From positions 1-57,374 of the forward strand of contig JBDIAJ010000001.1 of NCBI GenBank assembly GCA_039812345.1: DNA of 57,374 bases. The letters are read 5' to 3'. The notes below the pieces were generated by a model. The model made no database searches. It had not been told where the DNA came from and saw nothing but the letters and a program-made list of their open reading frames with translations. The stretch is from Nostocoides sp. GTDB taxonomy: Bacteria; Actinomycetota; Actinomycetes; Actinomycetales; Dermatophilaceae. The position numbers were made by a program, and so were the translations under genes. Positions 11,025 to 20,912 of the stretch are shown piece by piece (the stretch's first letter is position 1; each line of letters starts with the position of its first letter).

Positions 11025-12005
11025 ATGAGCACGCGGCCGCAGATCGTCGCCCATCGCGGCGCCAGCGGATACCTCCCCGAGCACACCCTCGCGGCATACG
11101 AGCTCGGGATCCGGCAGGGGGCGGACGCCTTCGAGATCGACGTCGTGATGACCCGTGACGGGCATCTCGTCGCGCGGCACGAGAGCAATGTCGCCCAGTC
11201 GACGGACGTCGGCCGGCATCCGGAGTTCGCCGATCGCCGCACCGCCCGGACCGTCGGGGACCACCCGCAGCACGGATGGTTCACCGAGGACTTCACCCTC
11301 GACGAGATCGCCACCCTGCGCGCCGTCGAGCCCCTGCCCGGGATCCGTTCGACGGCCCACGACGGGGTGTATGCCGTGCCGGCCCTCCCCGAGATCCTCA
11401 CCCTCCGCTCCCGCCTGGCCACCGACCTGGGCCGGGACGTCGGCCTGCGGCTCGAGGTCAAGTCGCCGGAGTATTTCACCGAGGCCGGGCTGCCGATGGA
11501 GGAGCCGTTGATCGACGCCCTCGGCGCCGCGCACGCCCTCGGCGCGGACTCACCGATCGAGATCATGTCCTTCGACTACGGCTTCCTGGTCCGCCTCCGC
11601 GGCCTCGGCGTGGCCAACCCGCTCGTCTTCCTCGTCGAGGAGAATCTCGCCGCCCGCGTCCCCGGTCACCCCGAGTGGACGTATGCCGATGCCGTCACCC
11701 CCGCGGGCCTGGCCGAGGTCGCCCGCCACGTCGAGGCCCTCGGCCCCGGCCGGGCCGTTCTGTTTCCCGGGGCTCCGGACGGCCGGCTCGGGGACCCGAG
11801 CGCGGTGTTCGCCGACGCGCACGCCGCAGGGCTGCGCCTCGACTGCTGGACCTTCCGCGCCGAGAACCTGTTCCTGCCCACCGAGTTCCGCGTCGGCGAG
11901 GACCCGGCTGGGCTCGGTGACCTGGCCGGGCTGGCCGCGGCGCATGTCGCGGCCGGCCTCGACACCGTCATCACCGACCACCCGGACCGGGTCCGGCCCT
12001 CCTGA
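11025..12005 (+). CDS. Glycerophosphodiester phosphodiesterase
   Basis: IVAHRGASGYLPEHTLAAY, EIDVVMTRDG..VARHE, LEVKSP, WTFRAEN, ITDHPD. Confidence 0.92.
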   Translation: MSTRPQIVAHRGASGYLPEHTLAAYELGIRQGADAFEIDVVMTRDGHLVARHESNVAQSTDVGRHPEFADRRTARTVGDHPQHGWFTEDFTLDEIATLRAVEPLPGIRSTAHDGVYAVPALPEILTLRSRLATDLGRDVGLRLEVKSPEYFTEAGLPMEEPLIDALGAAHALGADSPIEIMSFDYGFLVRLRGLGVANPLVFLVEENLAARVPGHPEWTYADAVTPAGLAEVARHVEALGPGRAVLFPGAPDGRLGDPSAVFADAHAAGLRLDCWTFRAENLFLPTEFRVGEDPAGLGDLAGLAAAHVAAGLDTVITDHPDRVRPS

Positions 12006-12017
12006 GCGCGGTCGCCG

Positions 12018-14792
12018 TCAGGCGTCCCCGCCCGCGTTGCCCGACGCACCGGCGGTGACGTCGAGGAGGCGGTACTTCTCCGCGGCCCGCCCCGGGATCG
12101 AGGCGTCGATCTCCCCCCGTGCGGCCAGCGCCTGCAGCGTCCGCACGACGACCGACGGGCCGTCGATGTGGAAGAAGCGACGCGCGGCCTGGCGAGTGTC
12201 GGAGAAGCCGAAGCCGTCGGCGCCGAGGGAGTGGTAGTCCCCGGGCACCCACTGGGCGATCTGGTCCTGGACGGCCCGCATGTAGTCGGAGACGGCGACG
12301 ACGGGGCCGGGGCGGTCGCGCAGCATACGGGTGACGAACGGGTCCTCGACCTCGACCTCCGGGTGGAGGAAGCGGGACTCATCGACCCGCATCGCCTCGC
12401 GGCGCAGCTCGCTCCACGACGTCACCGACCACACGTCGGCGACGACGCCCCAGTCCTCGCGCAGCAACTGCTGCGCCTCGATGACCCAGGGGACACCGAC
12501 GCCGCTGGCGAGCAGCTGCGCGCTGGGCGCGTTCTGCAGACCCTCCCGATCACCGGGCTGGTAGAGGTACATCCCCTGGACCAGGGCGGCGATGTCGACA
12601 CCGGCCGGCTCCTGCGGCTGGACCATCGGCTCGTTGTAGAGGGTGATGTAGTAGATGACGTTCTTGGCGTCGCCGTCGCCGACCTCGCCGAACATCCGCT
12701 CGAGGCCCGACCGCATGATGTGGGCGATCTCGAAGCTGAACGCCGGGTCGTAGGCGACGACCGCCGGGTTGGTCGCGGCGAGCAGATGCGAGTGGCCGTC
12801 GGCGTGCTGGAGACCCTCGCCGGTCAGCGTCGTCCGGCCGGCCGTCGCGCCGAGGAGGAAGCCGCGGCTCATCTGGTCCGACGCCGCCCAGATCGAGTCG
12901 GCCGTCCGCTGGAAGCCGAACATCGAATAGAAGATGTAGAGCGGGATCATCGGCTCCTTGTGCGTCGCATACGACGTCGCCGCCGCCGCGAAGGCCCCCA
13001 TCGATCCGGCCTCGTTGATCCCGGTGTGGACGATCTGGCCGTCCGTCGCCTCCTTGTAGGCGAGCATGAGGTCGGCGTCCACCGAGGTGTAGTTCTGGCC
13101 GTGCGGGTTGTAGATCTTGATCGTCGGGAAGAAGCTGTCCATCCCGAAGGTGCGCGCCTCGTCGGGGATGATTGGGACGATCCGCTTGCCGAACTCCTTG
13201 TCCCGCATCAGATCCTTGAGCAGCCGCACCCACGCCATCGTGGTCGCCACCTGCTGCTTGCCCGAGCCCTTCCGGGCATAGCTGTATGCCGATTCCGGCG
13301 GCAGCGTGAGCGGCGCGTGGGTGACCCTCCGGGCCGGCAGCCCGCCGCCGAGCTTCTGGCGCCGTTCGAGGGCGTACTGGATGATCTCGTTGTCCGGCCC
13401 CGGGTGGTAGTAGGGCGGAAGGTAGGGGTTCTCCTCGAGCGTCGCGTCGCTGATCGGCAGCTTGAGGGTGTCGCGCAGCAGCTTGAGGTCCTCGAGCTTG
13501 AGCTTCTTCATCTGGTGGGTCGCGTTGCGGCCGGCGAAGTGCGTCCCGAGGCCGTAGCCCTTGATCGTCTTGACGAGGATGACGGTGGGCTGGCCGCTGT
13601 GTTCGACGGCGGCCTTGTAGGCGGCATACACCTTGTGGTAGTCGTGCCCGCCTCGGCGCAGTTTGAACCAGATGTCGTCGTCGGTCCAGGTCGAGACCAT
13701 CTTGCGGGTGCGCGGGTCGCGACCGAAGAAGAACTCGCGGACGAAGGCGCCGTCGTTGGCCCGGAAGGTCTGGTAGTCGCCGTCGGGGGTCTGGTTCATC
13801 AGGTTGATGAGGGCGCCGTCGCGGTCGGCCGCCAGCAGCGGGTCCCAGCCGCGGCCCCAGACGACCTTGATGACATTCCATCCGGCCCCGCGGAAGAACG
13901 CCTCGAGTTCCTGGATGATCTTGCCGTTGCCGCGGACCGGGCCGTCGAGGCGCTGCAGGTTGCAGTTGATGACGAAGGTGAGGTTGTCGAGTTCGTCGTT
14001 GGCGGCCACCTGCAGCAGCCCGCGAGACTCGGTCTCGTCCATCTCGCCGTCGCCGAGGAAGGCCCACACGTGCTGCTGGGAGGTGTCCTTGATGCCGCGG
14101 TTGTGGAGGTATTTGTTGAACTGGGCCTGATAGATCGCATCCATCGGGCCGAGACCCATGGAGACGGTCGGGAACTGCCAGAAGCTCGGCATGAGCCGCG
14201 GGTGCGGATAGCTCGGGATGCCGACCGCGTGACCGTCGACGAGGTGCGACTTCTCCTGCCGGAAGCCGTCGAGCTGCGCCTGGCTCAGGCGGCCCTCGAG
14301 GAAGGCACGGGCATACATGCCGGGGGAGGCGTGGCCCTGGAAGAAGATCTGGTCGCCGCCGCCGGGGTGGTCCGGCCCGCGCCAGAAGTGCTGGAAGCCG
14401 ACCTCGTAGAGGGTCGCCGCGGAGGCGTAGGTCGAGATGTGACCACCGACGCCGATGCCCGGCCGCTGCGCCCGGTGGACGAGGATCGCCGCGTTCCAGC
14501 GGACGAAGGCGCGGAACCGGCGCTCGACCTCCTCATCCCCGGGATACCACGGCTCGTGCTCGGCCGGGATGGTGTTGATGTAGTCCGTCGTCGTCAGCGA
14601 GGGGACCCCGACCTGCATCGCCCGGGCCTTCTCGAGCAGGCGGAGCATGACATAGCGGGCCCGGTCCCGGCCCGACTCCCCGATCAGCGTCGAGAGCGAG
14701 TCGATCCACTCCTGGGTCTCGTCGGGGTCGATGTCCGGCAGGTGGGTGGGGATGCCGTTGAGGATCGGGCCGGCCTTCTCGGTACCGAGCAC
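12018..14792 (-). CDS. aceE: Pyruvate dehydrogenase E1, homodimeric type
   Basis: [37 protein letters not shown] (ThDP motif), [18 protein letters not shown]; GTG start chosen after GAGAGGA (ATG 14822 or 14843 possible). Confidence 0.96.
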   Translation of the reverse strand: MLGTEKAGPILNGIPTHLPDIDPDETQEWIDSLSTLIGESGRDRARYVMLRLLEKARAMQVGVPSLTTTDYINTIPAEHEPWYPGDEEVERRFRAFVRWNAAILVHRAQRPGIGVGGHISTYASAATLYEVGFQHFWRGPDHPGGGDQIFFQGHASPGMYARAFLEGRLSQAQLDGFRQEKSHLVDGHAVGIPSYPHPRLMPSFWQFPTVSMGLGPMDAIYQAQFNKYLHNRGIKDTSQQHVWAFLGDGEMDETESRGLLQVAANDELDNLTFVINCNLQRLDGPVRGNGKIIQELEAFFRGAGWNVIKVVWGRGWDPLLAADRDGALINLMNQTPDGDYQTFRANDGAFVREFFFGRDPRTRKMVSTWTDDDIWFKLRRGGHDYHKVYAAYKAAVEHSGQPTVILVKTIKGYGLGTHFAGRNATHQMKKLKLEDLKLLRDTLKLPISDATLEENPYLPPYYHPGPDNEIIQYALERRQKLGGGLPARRVTHAPLTLPPESAYSYARKGSGKQQVATTMAWVRLLKDLMRDKEFGKRIVPIIPDEARTFGMDSFFPTIKIYNPHGQNYTSVDADLMLAYKEATDGQIVHTGINEAGSMGAFAAAATSYATHKEPMIPLYIFYSMFGFQRTADSIWAASDQMSRGFLLGATAGRTTLTGEGLQHADGHSHLLAATNPAVVAYDPAFSFEIAHIMRSGLERMFGEVGDGDAKNVIYYITLYNEPMVQPQEPAGVDIAALVQGMYLYQPGDREGLQNAPSAQLLASGVGVPWVIEAQQLLREDWGVVADVWSVTSWSELRREAMRVDESRFLHPEVEVEDPFVTRMLRDRPGPVVAVSDYMRAVQDQIAQWVPGDYHSLGADGFGFSDTRQAARRFFHIDGPSVVVRTLQALAARGEIDASIPGRAAEKYRLLDVTAGASGNAGGDA

Positions 14793-14944
14793 GAGGGGGG
14801 TCCTCTCTGCGAGTGACTGCATGCGGAACTGACGCTGTCCCATCCTTCCCTGCCGACGTGGCCGGGATCACAGGAGGGTGACTCCAACCTACTCTCCCCG
14901 GCTCGGTCGAGGCATGGACCGTCCGGCACCGGCAGACTGGGGGC

Positions 14945-15430
14945 ATGACGGTCGCGCTCTACGACTCCGACGGGCTGCCCTGGCGGCGGGTGTCGCCGGC
15001 CCTGGCGACGGTGCGTCGCCTGGTCGCGGTGGTTCTGCTCGGTGCTCTCGTCCTGCTCACGACCGCGCTCGCGCTGTTCGTCTCGCCGTGGATCTGGATC
15101 GTCGCCGGCGCCGTCGTCCTCGTGCTCGCGTGGGTGTGGTGGCTCGTCGGCCGCCAGGTCAGTGCCTTCACGTATGCCGAGCTCCCGGAGGAGCTGGTCA
15201 TCCGCCGCGGGCGGATCTTCCGGAGTCTCGTCAGCATCCCCTACGGGCGGCTGCAGTATGCCGATATGGGCTCCGGCCCGCTGTCGCGTCACTTCGGCCT
15301 CGCGTCGGTCACCGTCCACACCGCCTCGCCCGGCGGCGGCGAATCCGTGCACGGCCTGCCGCTCGCCGAGGCGGAGGGCCTGCGGGATCGGCTCACCGCG
15401 CTCGGTGAGGCCCAGCGGGCGGGCCTGTGA
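14945..15430 (+). CDS. Membrane protein with bacterial PH domain (YdbS-like)
   Basis: Two TM segments followed by IRRG..FR...IPYGRLQY....GPL.R.FGLASV. Confidence 0.85.
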   Translation: MTVALYDSDGLPWRRVSPALATVRRLVAVVLLGALVLLTTALALFVSPWIWIVAGAVVLVLAWVWWLVGRQVSAFTYAELPEELVIRRGRIFRSLVSIPYGRLQYADMGSGPLSRHFGLASVTVHTASPGGGESVHGLPLAEAEGLRDRLTALGEAQRAGL

Positions 15431-16971
15431 CCGGCCAGGCTGATGGGAGCATCCCGCCCGAACCGGCGGACCTTGGCATCCCGCCCGATCCGGCCGACGG
15501 CTGGAGCCGCTTCCACCCGCTGACGCCCCTCCTGCGGGGGGGCGTCATGGCGGTGGCGGTCCTCGGCTACGTCCTCAGCCAGCAGGCGGACCGGATCTGG
15601 GGGACTCGGCCCGATGACCCGACCGATGGTCACCTGCGGATCGCCGCGGCCATCGTCGCGACCGTCATCGTCGTCGCCGTGCTCGCGGCATGGCTGAGCT
15701 GGCGGGCGGCGCGCTTCCGGCTCGGGCCACACAGCGTCGAGTTGCGGCACGGCATCGTCTTCCGCCAACACCGACAGGTCCGCTACGACCGGATCCAGGC
15801 CGTCGACATCACCCGCCCGCTCCTGGCCCGGCTCGTGGGGCTGTCGGCGGTCAAGGTGGAGGCGGCCGGCGGCCACGACTCCAATATCGTCCTGAGCTTC
15901 CTCACCGACCGGGTCGCCCAACAGGTGCGAGGCGAGCTGCTCGCCCGCTCGCGGTCCCTCGCGAGCGGGCCGGTCGGCATACGGACCGACGGTGGGCCGG
16001 GGCCGGATCAGGCCGGTGCCACCGTCCCGGAGGCCCTGGTCGCCGCCATCCCGAGCGGCCGGGTGTGGCTGGCGACCGCGCTGACGCCGAGCACCGCCTT
16101 CCTGCTCGTCGGCATCCCGGCCCTGATCGTCGCCCTCGTCTCCGGCGCCTTCGGCATCCTGCCGGTGCTCGGGCCGATGGTCGTCGGCGCCGCCGGCGCC
16201 CAGATGAAGCGGTTGACCAGCTGGATGAACTTCGAGGTCCACGGCTCACCGGACGTCATCCGGGTCCGGCACGGCCTGACCGAGTTGCGCGCCCGGACCG
16301 TCCCGATCGGCCGGATCCAGGCCGTCGAGGTGAGCCAGCCGCTGTTCTGGCGGGCGTTCGGCTGGTGGCGCATCCGGGTCAACGTCGCGGGCGTCGGCCC
16401 GGAGAAGGACGCCGAGCACGACGCGCTGATCCCCGTCGGGACCTTCGAGGAGGTCATGCGCATCCTGCGGGTGATGGGACCGGCCTGGTCGCTGCCGGAG
16501 GTGGCGCAGGCGATGACGGCTCGCGAGACACCCCCCGGCACGGTCGGCGTGCCGCGGGCCGCTCGCCTGCTCGATCCGATCAGCTGGCGTCGTCGCGGGT
16601 ATGCCGTCACCGACGTCGCGCTCGTCCTGCGGGACGGAGCGCTCACCCGGCGCGCGATCGTCGTCCCGCACGCTCGGATCCAGTCCCACGGGGCCGACCA
16701 GGGGCCGCTCCAACGGCGGCTCGGGCTCGCCAGCGTGGCCCTCCACTCGACGCAGGGCCCGGTCACTCCGGTCGTCCATCACCTCGCCGTGGCGGACGCG
16801 CTCGCGCTGGTCAACGACCAGCAGGCGCGTGGTTCGTCCGCTCGGCGAGCCGACGGCAGCCCCGTTTCTCGGGAAGCGACACCCGGGCCGGATGGTGCAC
16901 TATCGTCCGAACGAGCGGGCCGGTCTGCGGTGACGGCCCCGGGCAACACCTGGATGGAGTCGTCGTCGTGA
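15427..16971 (+). CDS. Membrane protein with multiple bPH_2 domains (YdbT-like)
   Basis: W.RFHPLTP and three repeats of RIQ.V...P...R..G; GTGA coupling to the previous gene. Confidence 0.85.
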   Translation: MTGQADGSIPPEPADLGIPPDPADGWSRFHPLTPLLRGGVMAVAVLGYVLSQQADRIWGTRPDDPTDGHLRIAAAIVATVIVVAVLAAWLSWRAARFRLGPHSVELRHGIVFRQHRQVRYDRIQAVDITRPLLARLVGLSAVKVEAAGGHDSNIVLSFLTDRVAQQVRGELLARSRSLASGPVGIRTDGGPGPDQAGATVPEALVAAIPSGRVWLATALTPSTAFLLVGIPALIVALVSGAFGILPVLGPMVVGAAGAQMKRLTSWMNFEVHGSPDVIRVRHGLTELRARTVPIGRIQAVEVSQPLFWRAFGWWRIRVNVAGVGPEKDAEHDALIPVGTFEEVMRILRVMGPAWSLPEVAQAMTARETPPGTVGVPRAARLLDPISWRRRGYAVTDVALVLRDGALTRRAIVVPHARIQSHGADQGPLQRRLGLASVALHSTQGPVTPVVHHLAVADALALVNDQQARGSSARRADGSPVSREATPGPDGALSSERAGRSAVTAPGNTWMESSS

Positions 16972-17396
16972 ACGCACCTGCAGTCCCCACGGGTCCGGGC
17001 GGGCCGGTCAGCCGGCTGGGTTTCGCCCCGGGGCAGGTCGTCCAGGAGTTCGGCTATGACGACGACGTCGATGAGGACCTGCGGGACGCGATCAGCGACC
17101 TCGTCGGCGGCGACCTCGAGTACGACGACTTCACCGGTGTCGCCGACGCGGTGATCCTCTGGTGGCGCGACGGGGACGGCGATCTCGTGGACGCCCTCGT
17201 CGACGGGCTGCCCAATCTCGCCGACGGTGCGGGGATCGTCCTGCTCACCCCGAAGCCGGGCCGAGACGGCGAGGTCGACGCCGCCGAGATCGAGGAGGCG
17301 GCGCGCACGACCGGCCTCCACGCGACCGGAACCGTCAACGCCGCCCCGGACTGGGCGGCGACCCGACTGGTCCCGCCGAAGGGCGCGCGCCGCTGA
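16968..17396 (+). CDS. DUF3052 family protein
   Basis: LGF..GQVVQEFGYDDDVD, ILWWRDGDGDLVDAL, LLTPKPGR. Confidence 0.88.
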   Translation: MNAPAVPTGPGGPVSRLGFAPGQVVQEFGYDDDVDEDLRDAISDLVGGDLEYDDFTGVADAVILWWRDGDGDLVDALVDGLPNLADGAGIVLLTPKPGRDGEVDAAEIEEAARTTGLHATGTVNAAPDWAATRLVPPKGARR

Positions 17397-17402
17397 CGGC
17401 CC

Positions 17403-17873
17403 TCAGCCGAGCGAGGCCAGGGCCTCGCGATAACCCGCGAAGTCCCGGGCCCGGCCCGGGTCGTTGACCTGGGTCCAGGCGATCACGCCGGCGCGGTCGA
17501 TGAGGAAACTCCCGCGGACCGCCATCCCCCGGGTGTCGTCGAACACGCCGTATGCCGAGGCCACCGCTCCGTGCGGCCAGAAGTCCGACAGCAGGGGGAA
17601 GAAGTAGCCCTCCCGGTCGGCCCACGCCCGGAGGGTGAACATCGGGTCGCACGAGATGGCGAGCGTCTGGACGACCTCGGACTCGTAGGAGCCGAGGTCG
17701 TCCCGGATGGCGCCGAGTTCGCCCGTGCAGATCCCGGAGAAGGCGAAGGGATAGAAGACGAGGAGAACATTGGTGCGGCCCCGGAACGACGCGAGCTCGA
17801 CCGGGTGTCCGTTCTGGTCCGCGAGGGCGAACCCGGGAGCCGGTGATCCCACGGCGAGGGGAGCGGGCGTCAT
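17403..17873 (-). CDS. ahpE: 1-Cys peroxiredoxin, AhpE-like
   Basis: LVFYPFAFSGICTGEL, ISCD, LLSDFWPHG. Confidence 0.88.
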   Translation of the reverse strand: MTPAPLAVGSPAPGFALADQNGHPVELASFRGRTNVLLVFYPFAFSGICTGELGAIRDDLGSYESEVVQTLAISCDPMFTLRAWADREGYFFPLLSDFWPHGAVASAYGVFDDTRGMAVRGSFLIDRAGVIAWTQVNDPGRARDFAGYREALASLG

Positions 17874-17965
17874 ACGTCCAGTGTGCCAGCGGGCGGTTGG
17901 GGGCACGCCGAACCCCTGTCAGAATGGCGCCGGACGGGCGCCCGCGTGGTTCGCGCGCCCGCAGC

Positions 17966-18038
17966 GGGCCTGTAGCTCAGTTGGTAGAGCGCCACGCTTA
18001 CACCGTGGATGTCGTCGGTTCGAGACCGGCCGGGCCCA
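17966..18038 (+). tRNA. tRNA-Val (TAC)
   Basis: GGGCCTG/CGGGCCC acceptor, CCACG-CTTACAC-CGTGG anticodon arm, GGTTCGAGACC T-arm; no encoded CCA. Confidence 0.95.
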
Positions 18039-18039
18039 C

Positions 18040-18855
18040 ATGGCAGTGACCCTCGCCGACGTCGTCGCGGTCCTCGAGCGGCTGTACCCGCTGTCGACGG
18101 CGCAGAGCTGGGATCGGGTCGGGCTCGTGACCGGCGATCCGGGACAACCGATCGAGCGGATCCTCCTCGCCGTCGACCCGACCCTCGCGGTCATCGACGA
18201 GGCGCGGGCGACGGGCGCCGACCTGCTCCTGACCCACCACCCGCTGCTGCTGCGCGGCGTGCACTCGGTCGCGACGACGTTCGCCAAGGGCGCCGCCGTG
18301 ACCAGCCTCATCGTCGCCGACATCGCGCTCTATGTCGCGCACACCAACGCCGATGTCGCCGAACGCGGCGTGTCCGCCGCCCTCGCCGGCGCGCTCGGGC
18401 TCGAGGACGTGGTGCCACTGGCCGTCGAGGAGGGTATGCCGCTGGGTCGCGTCGGCCGCCTTCGCGCACCGATGTCGCTGCGGGAGTTCGCGACTCGGGT
18501 CGCCGAGAGTCTGCCGGCGGCGGCCGGGGGCATCCGGGTCGCGGGGCCGGCCGGTGCCGAGGTGCAACGGGTGGCCGTGCTCGGTGGGGCGGGGGACGGG
18601 CTCTTCGACGCGGTCCGCGCCAGCGGAGCCGACGTCTATGTCACCGCCGACCTGCGTCACCACCCGGCGCTCGAGGCCCGTGAGGAGGCCCGCGGCGGCA
18701 CGCCCTATCTGATCGACGCCGGCCATTGGGCCACCGAGAGCTTGTGGCTCGATGCGGTCGCGAGCGACCTGCGAGCCGGGCTCGGCGAGAGCGTCGACGT
18801 CGTCCGGAGCACGATCTGCACGGATCCATGGAGCTTCGTCGTCGGCGCCGAGTAG
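18040..18855 (+). CDS. Nif3-like dinuclear metal centre protein
   Basis: AQSWDRVGL, THHPLL, AHTNAD, TADLRHH, DAGHWATE. Confidence 0.92.
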   Translation: MAVTLADVVAVLERLYPLSTAQSWDRVGLVTGDPGQPIERILLAVDPTLAVIDEARATGADLLLTHHPLLLRGVHSVATTFAKGAAVTSLIVADIALYVAHTNADVAERGVSAALAGALGLEDVVPLAVEEGMPLGRVGRLRAPMSLREFATRVAESLPAAAGGIRVAGPAGAEVQRVAVLGGAGDGLFDAVRASGADVYVTADLRHHPALEAREEARGGTPYLIDAGHWATESLWLDAVASDLRAGLGESVDVVRSTICTDPWSFVVGAE

Positions 18856-18903
18856 GTTGAGGCGAACAGGTCGGGGGGTTGCCCGACCGGACGAAGGAGA
18901 GAT

Positions 18904-19644
18904 GTGAAAGCCGAGCCGGCCCGGCAGTTGCGACTGCTCGACCTCCAGGCGCTGGACAGCGACCTCGCCAGACTCGCCCATCAACGGGCCCACCTGCCCG
19001 CGGCGGCCCGGGTCATCGAGTTGACCCAACTGGCCGCCGGGGCGCGCGCTGAGGTGGTCCGCGCCGACACGGCACTCAGCGATGTCGGCACGGAACTCAC
19101 CCGCGCGGAGGGCGACGTCCAGTTGGTCCGGGACCGCGCCGCCCGCGACCGCGCCCGGCTCGACTCGGGCACCGGCTCGCCGAAGGATCTCCAGGCGCTG
19201 CAGCACGAGCTGGTCACCCTCGCGCGCCGGCAGAGCGAGCTCGAGGAGATCGAACTCGAGGTCATGGAGCGCGCCGAGGGCGCCGAATCGGCCCTGGCCG
19301 AGCGTCGGCAGGCACTCGCCGACCTCGAGGCGCAGTTGGCCGCGGCGACGACCGAGCGTGACGGGGCGTATGCCGATCTGGCCGCCTCCGAGGCCGCGAC
19401 CGTCGCACCCCGCGCCGGGCTGGTCGAGGAGGTCGGGGCGGAGCTCGTCGCGCTCTACGAGAAGCTGCGCGCGACCCGCGCCGGCGTCGGTGCCGCGGCG
19501 CTGCGGCAGCGGCGCTGCCTCGGCTGTCAGCTCGAGGTCAACGCGAGCGATCTCGCCGCGATCCGCGAGGCCGCTCCCGACGAGGTCCTCCGCTGCGAGG
19601 AGTGCGGGCGGATCCTCGTCCGCACCCCCGAGTCGGGTCTCTGA
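18904..19644 (+). CDS. Coiled-coil protein with C4 zinc ribbon (DUF164 / Rv2229c-like)
   Basis: Q.RLLDLQALD, long coiled coil, CLGC...CEECGRILVR; SD GAAGGAG. Confidence 0.9.
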   Translation: MKAEPARQLRLLDLQALDSDLARLAHQRAHLPAAARVIELTQLAAGARAEVVRADTALSDVGTELTRAEGDVQLVRDRAARDRARLDSGTGSPKDLQALQHELVTLARRQSELEEIELEVMERAEGAESALAERRQALADLEAQLAAATTERDGAYADLAASEAATVAPRAGLVEEVGAELVALYEKLRATRAGVGAAALRQRRCLGCQLEVNASDLAAIREAAPDEVLRCEECGRILVRTPESGL

Positions 19645-19649
19645 GCCGG

Positions 19650-20768
19650 ATGCCGAGCTCGGCTCGCCGACGCCTGCGCGTCGAGGCCGACGGGGGATCC
19701 CGCGGCAATCCCGGGGTGGCCGGCTACGGCGCCGTGGTCCGGGACGAGACCGGAACCATCCTCGCCGAGCGGGCGGCACCGCTGGGGACCGCGTCCAACA
19801 ACGTGGCCGAGTACTCCGGCCTGATCGCCGGGCTCGAGGCGGCGATGTTGGTCGATCCGGGCGCCGAGGTCACGGTCGCCATGGATTCCAAGCTCGTCGT
19901 CGAGCAGATGTCCGGGCGGTGGAAGATCAAGCATCCCGACATGAAGGCGCTGGCCCTGCGGGCGCGAGACCTCGCGGCGGCGATCGTCGCCGCCGGCGGA
20001 GCGGTCCGCTACACCTGGATTCCCCGCAGCGAGAACGCCGCCGCGGATCGACTGTCCAACGACGGGATGGACGGGCACACCGTCGTCCGCGACCCGGGTG
20101 CGGGGGAAGGCGCGGGGGAGGGGTCGGCATACGCCCTGCCCGGTGATCCGGTCCCGAACGGCGAGCCGACCCGGATCCTCCTCGTGCGGCACGGCGTGAC
20201 GCCCCTGACCGAGGCCGGCCGCCTCGACGGGCGCGGCGGACTCGACCCGTCCCTCAGCGCGCGTGGACGCGAGCAGGCCGCCCACGCGGGCCGTCTGGTC
20301 GCCGAACTCGTCGGAGCCGCCATCGTCACGGTGACGACGTCCAGCCTCGCCCGCGCCCGCGAGACCGGCACCGCCGTCGCCGACGCGCTCGGCGTCGAGG
20401 CGGTCGTCGACGCCGACTGGGACGAGCAGAACTTCGGCGACTGGGACGGCGCGAGCATGGCCGAACTCGCGCGCAGCGACCGACTCGCCCTCGGCCATCT
20501 GCGGGTGGATCCGGGCTACGCCCGGCCCGGCGGCGAGAGTCATGTGGAGTTGCAGGCGCGGGTGCTGCGGGCGTTCGCCGCGCGCGTGGCGGCCGGCGGG
20601 GTCCAGGTCGTCGTGGCCCACCGCAAGCCGATCAACGTCGTCCTCGCCGACATCCTCGGCCTGGGGATGGAACGGGCCTGGCGCCTGGCCGCCGGCCCGG
20701 GGTCGCTGACCGGGGTCGAGGTGTGGCCCAACGGGGCGGCGTCGATCGCCTTTGCCAATCGGCGCTGA
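19650..20768 (+). CDS. Bifunctional RNase HI / histidine phosphatase (Rv2228c-like)
   Basis: EADGGSRGNPG, NNVAEY, DSKLVVEQMSGRWKIK, N..ADRL; second domain LVRHG...E.NFGDWDG...GGES. Confidence 0.9.
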   Translation: MPSSARRRLRVEADGGSRGNPGVAGYGAVVRDETGTILAERAAPLGTASNNVAEYSGLIAGLEAAMLVDPGAEVTVAMDSKLVVEQMSGRWKIKHPDMKALALRARDLAAAIVAAGGAVRYTWIPRSENAAADRLSNDGMDGHTVVRDPGAGEGAGEGSAYALPGDPVPNGEPTRILLVRHGVTPLTEAGRLDGRGGLDPSLSARGREQAAHAGRLVAELVGAAIVTVTTSSLARARETGTAVADALGVEAVVDADWDEQNFGDWDGASMAELARSDRLALGHLRVDPGYARPGGESHVELQARVLRAFAARVAAGGVQVVVAHRKPINVVLADILGLGMERAWRLAAGPGSLTGVEVWPNGAASIAFANRR

Positions 20769-20912
20769 ACCCGTTTCCGACCGATGGTAACCAGACGGTA
20801 ACGTCGCGCCGCGCGATTCTCCCGTAATGCTGTTACAACGGGAGGGTGGTTTATGGTACGCGCGACGGACCGTCCGGGGGGCACCGGTCGACCCGAGGAG
20901 AGAGGTAGTTCG

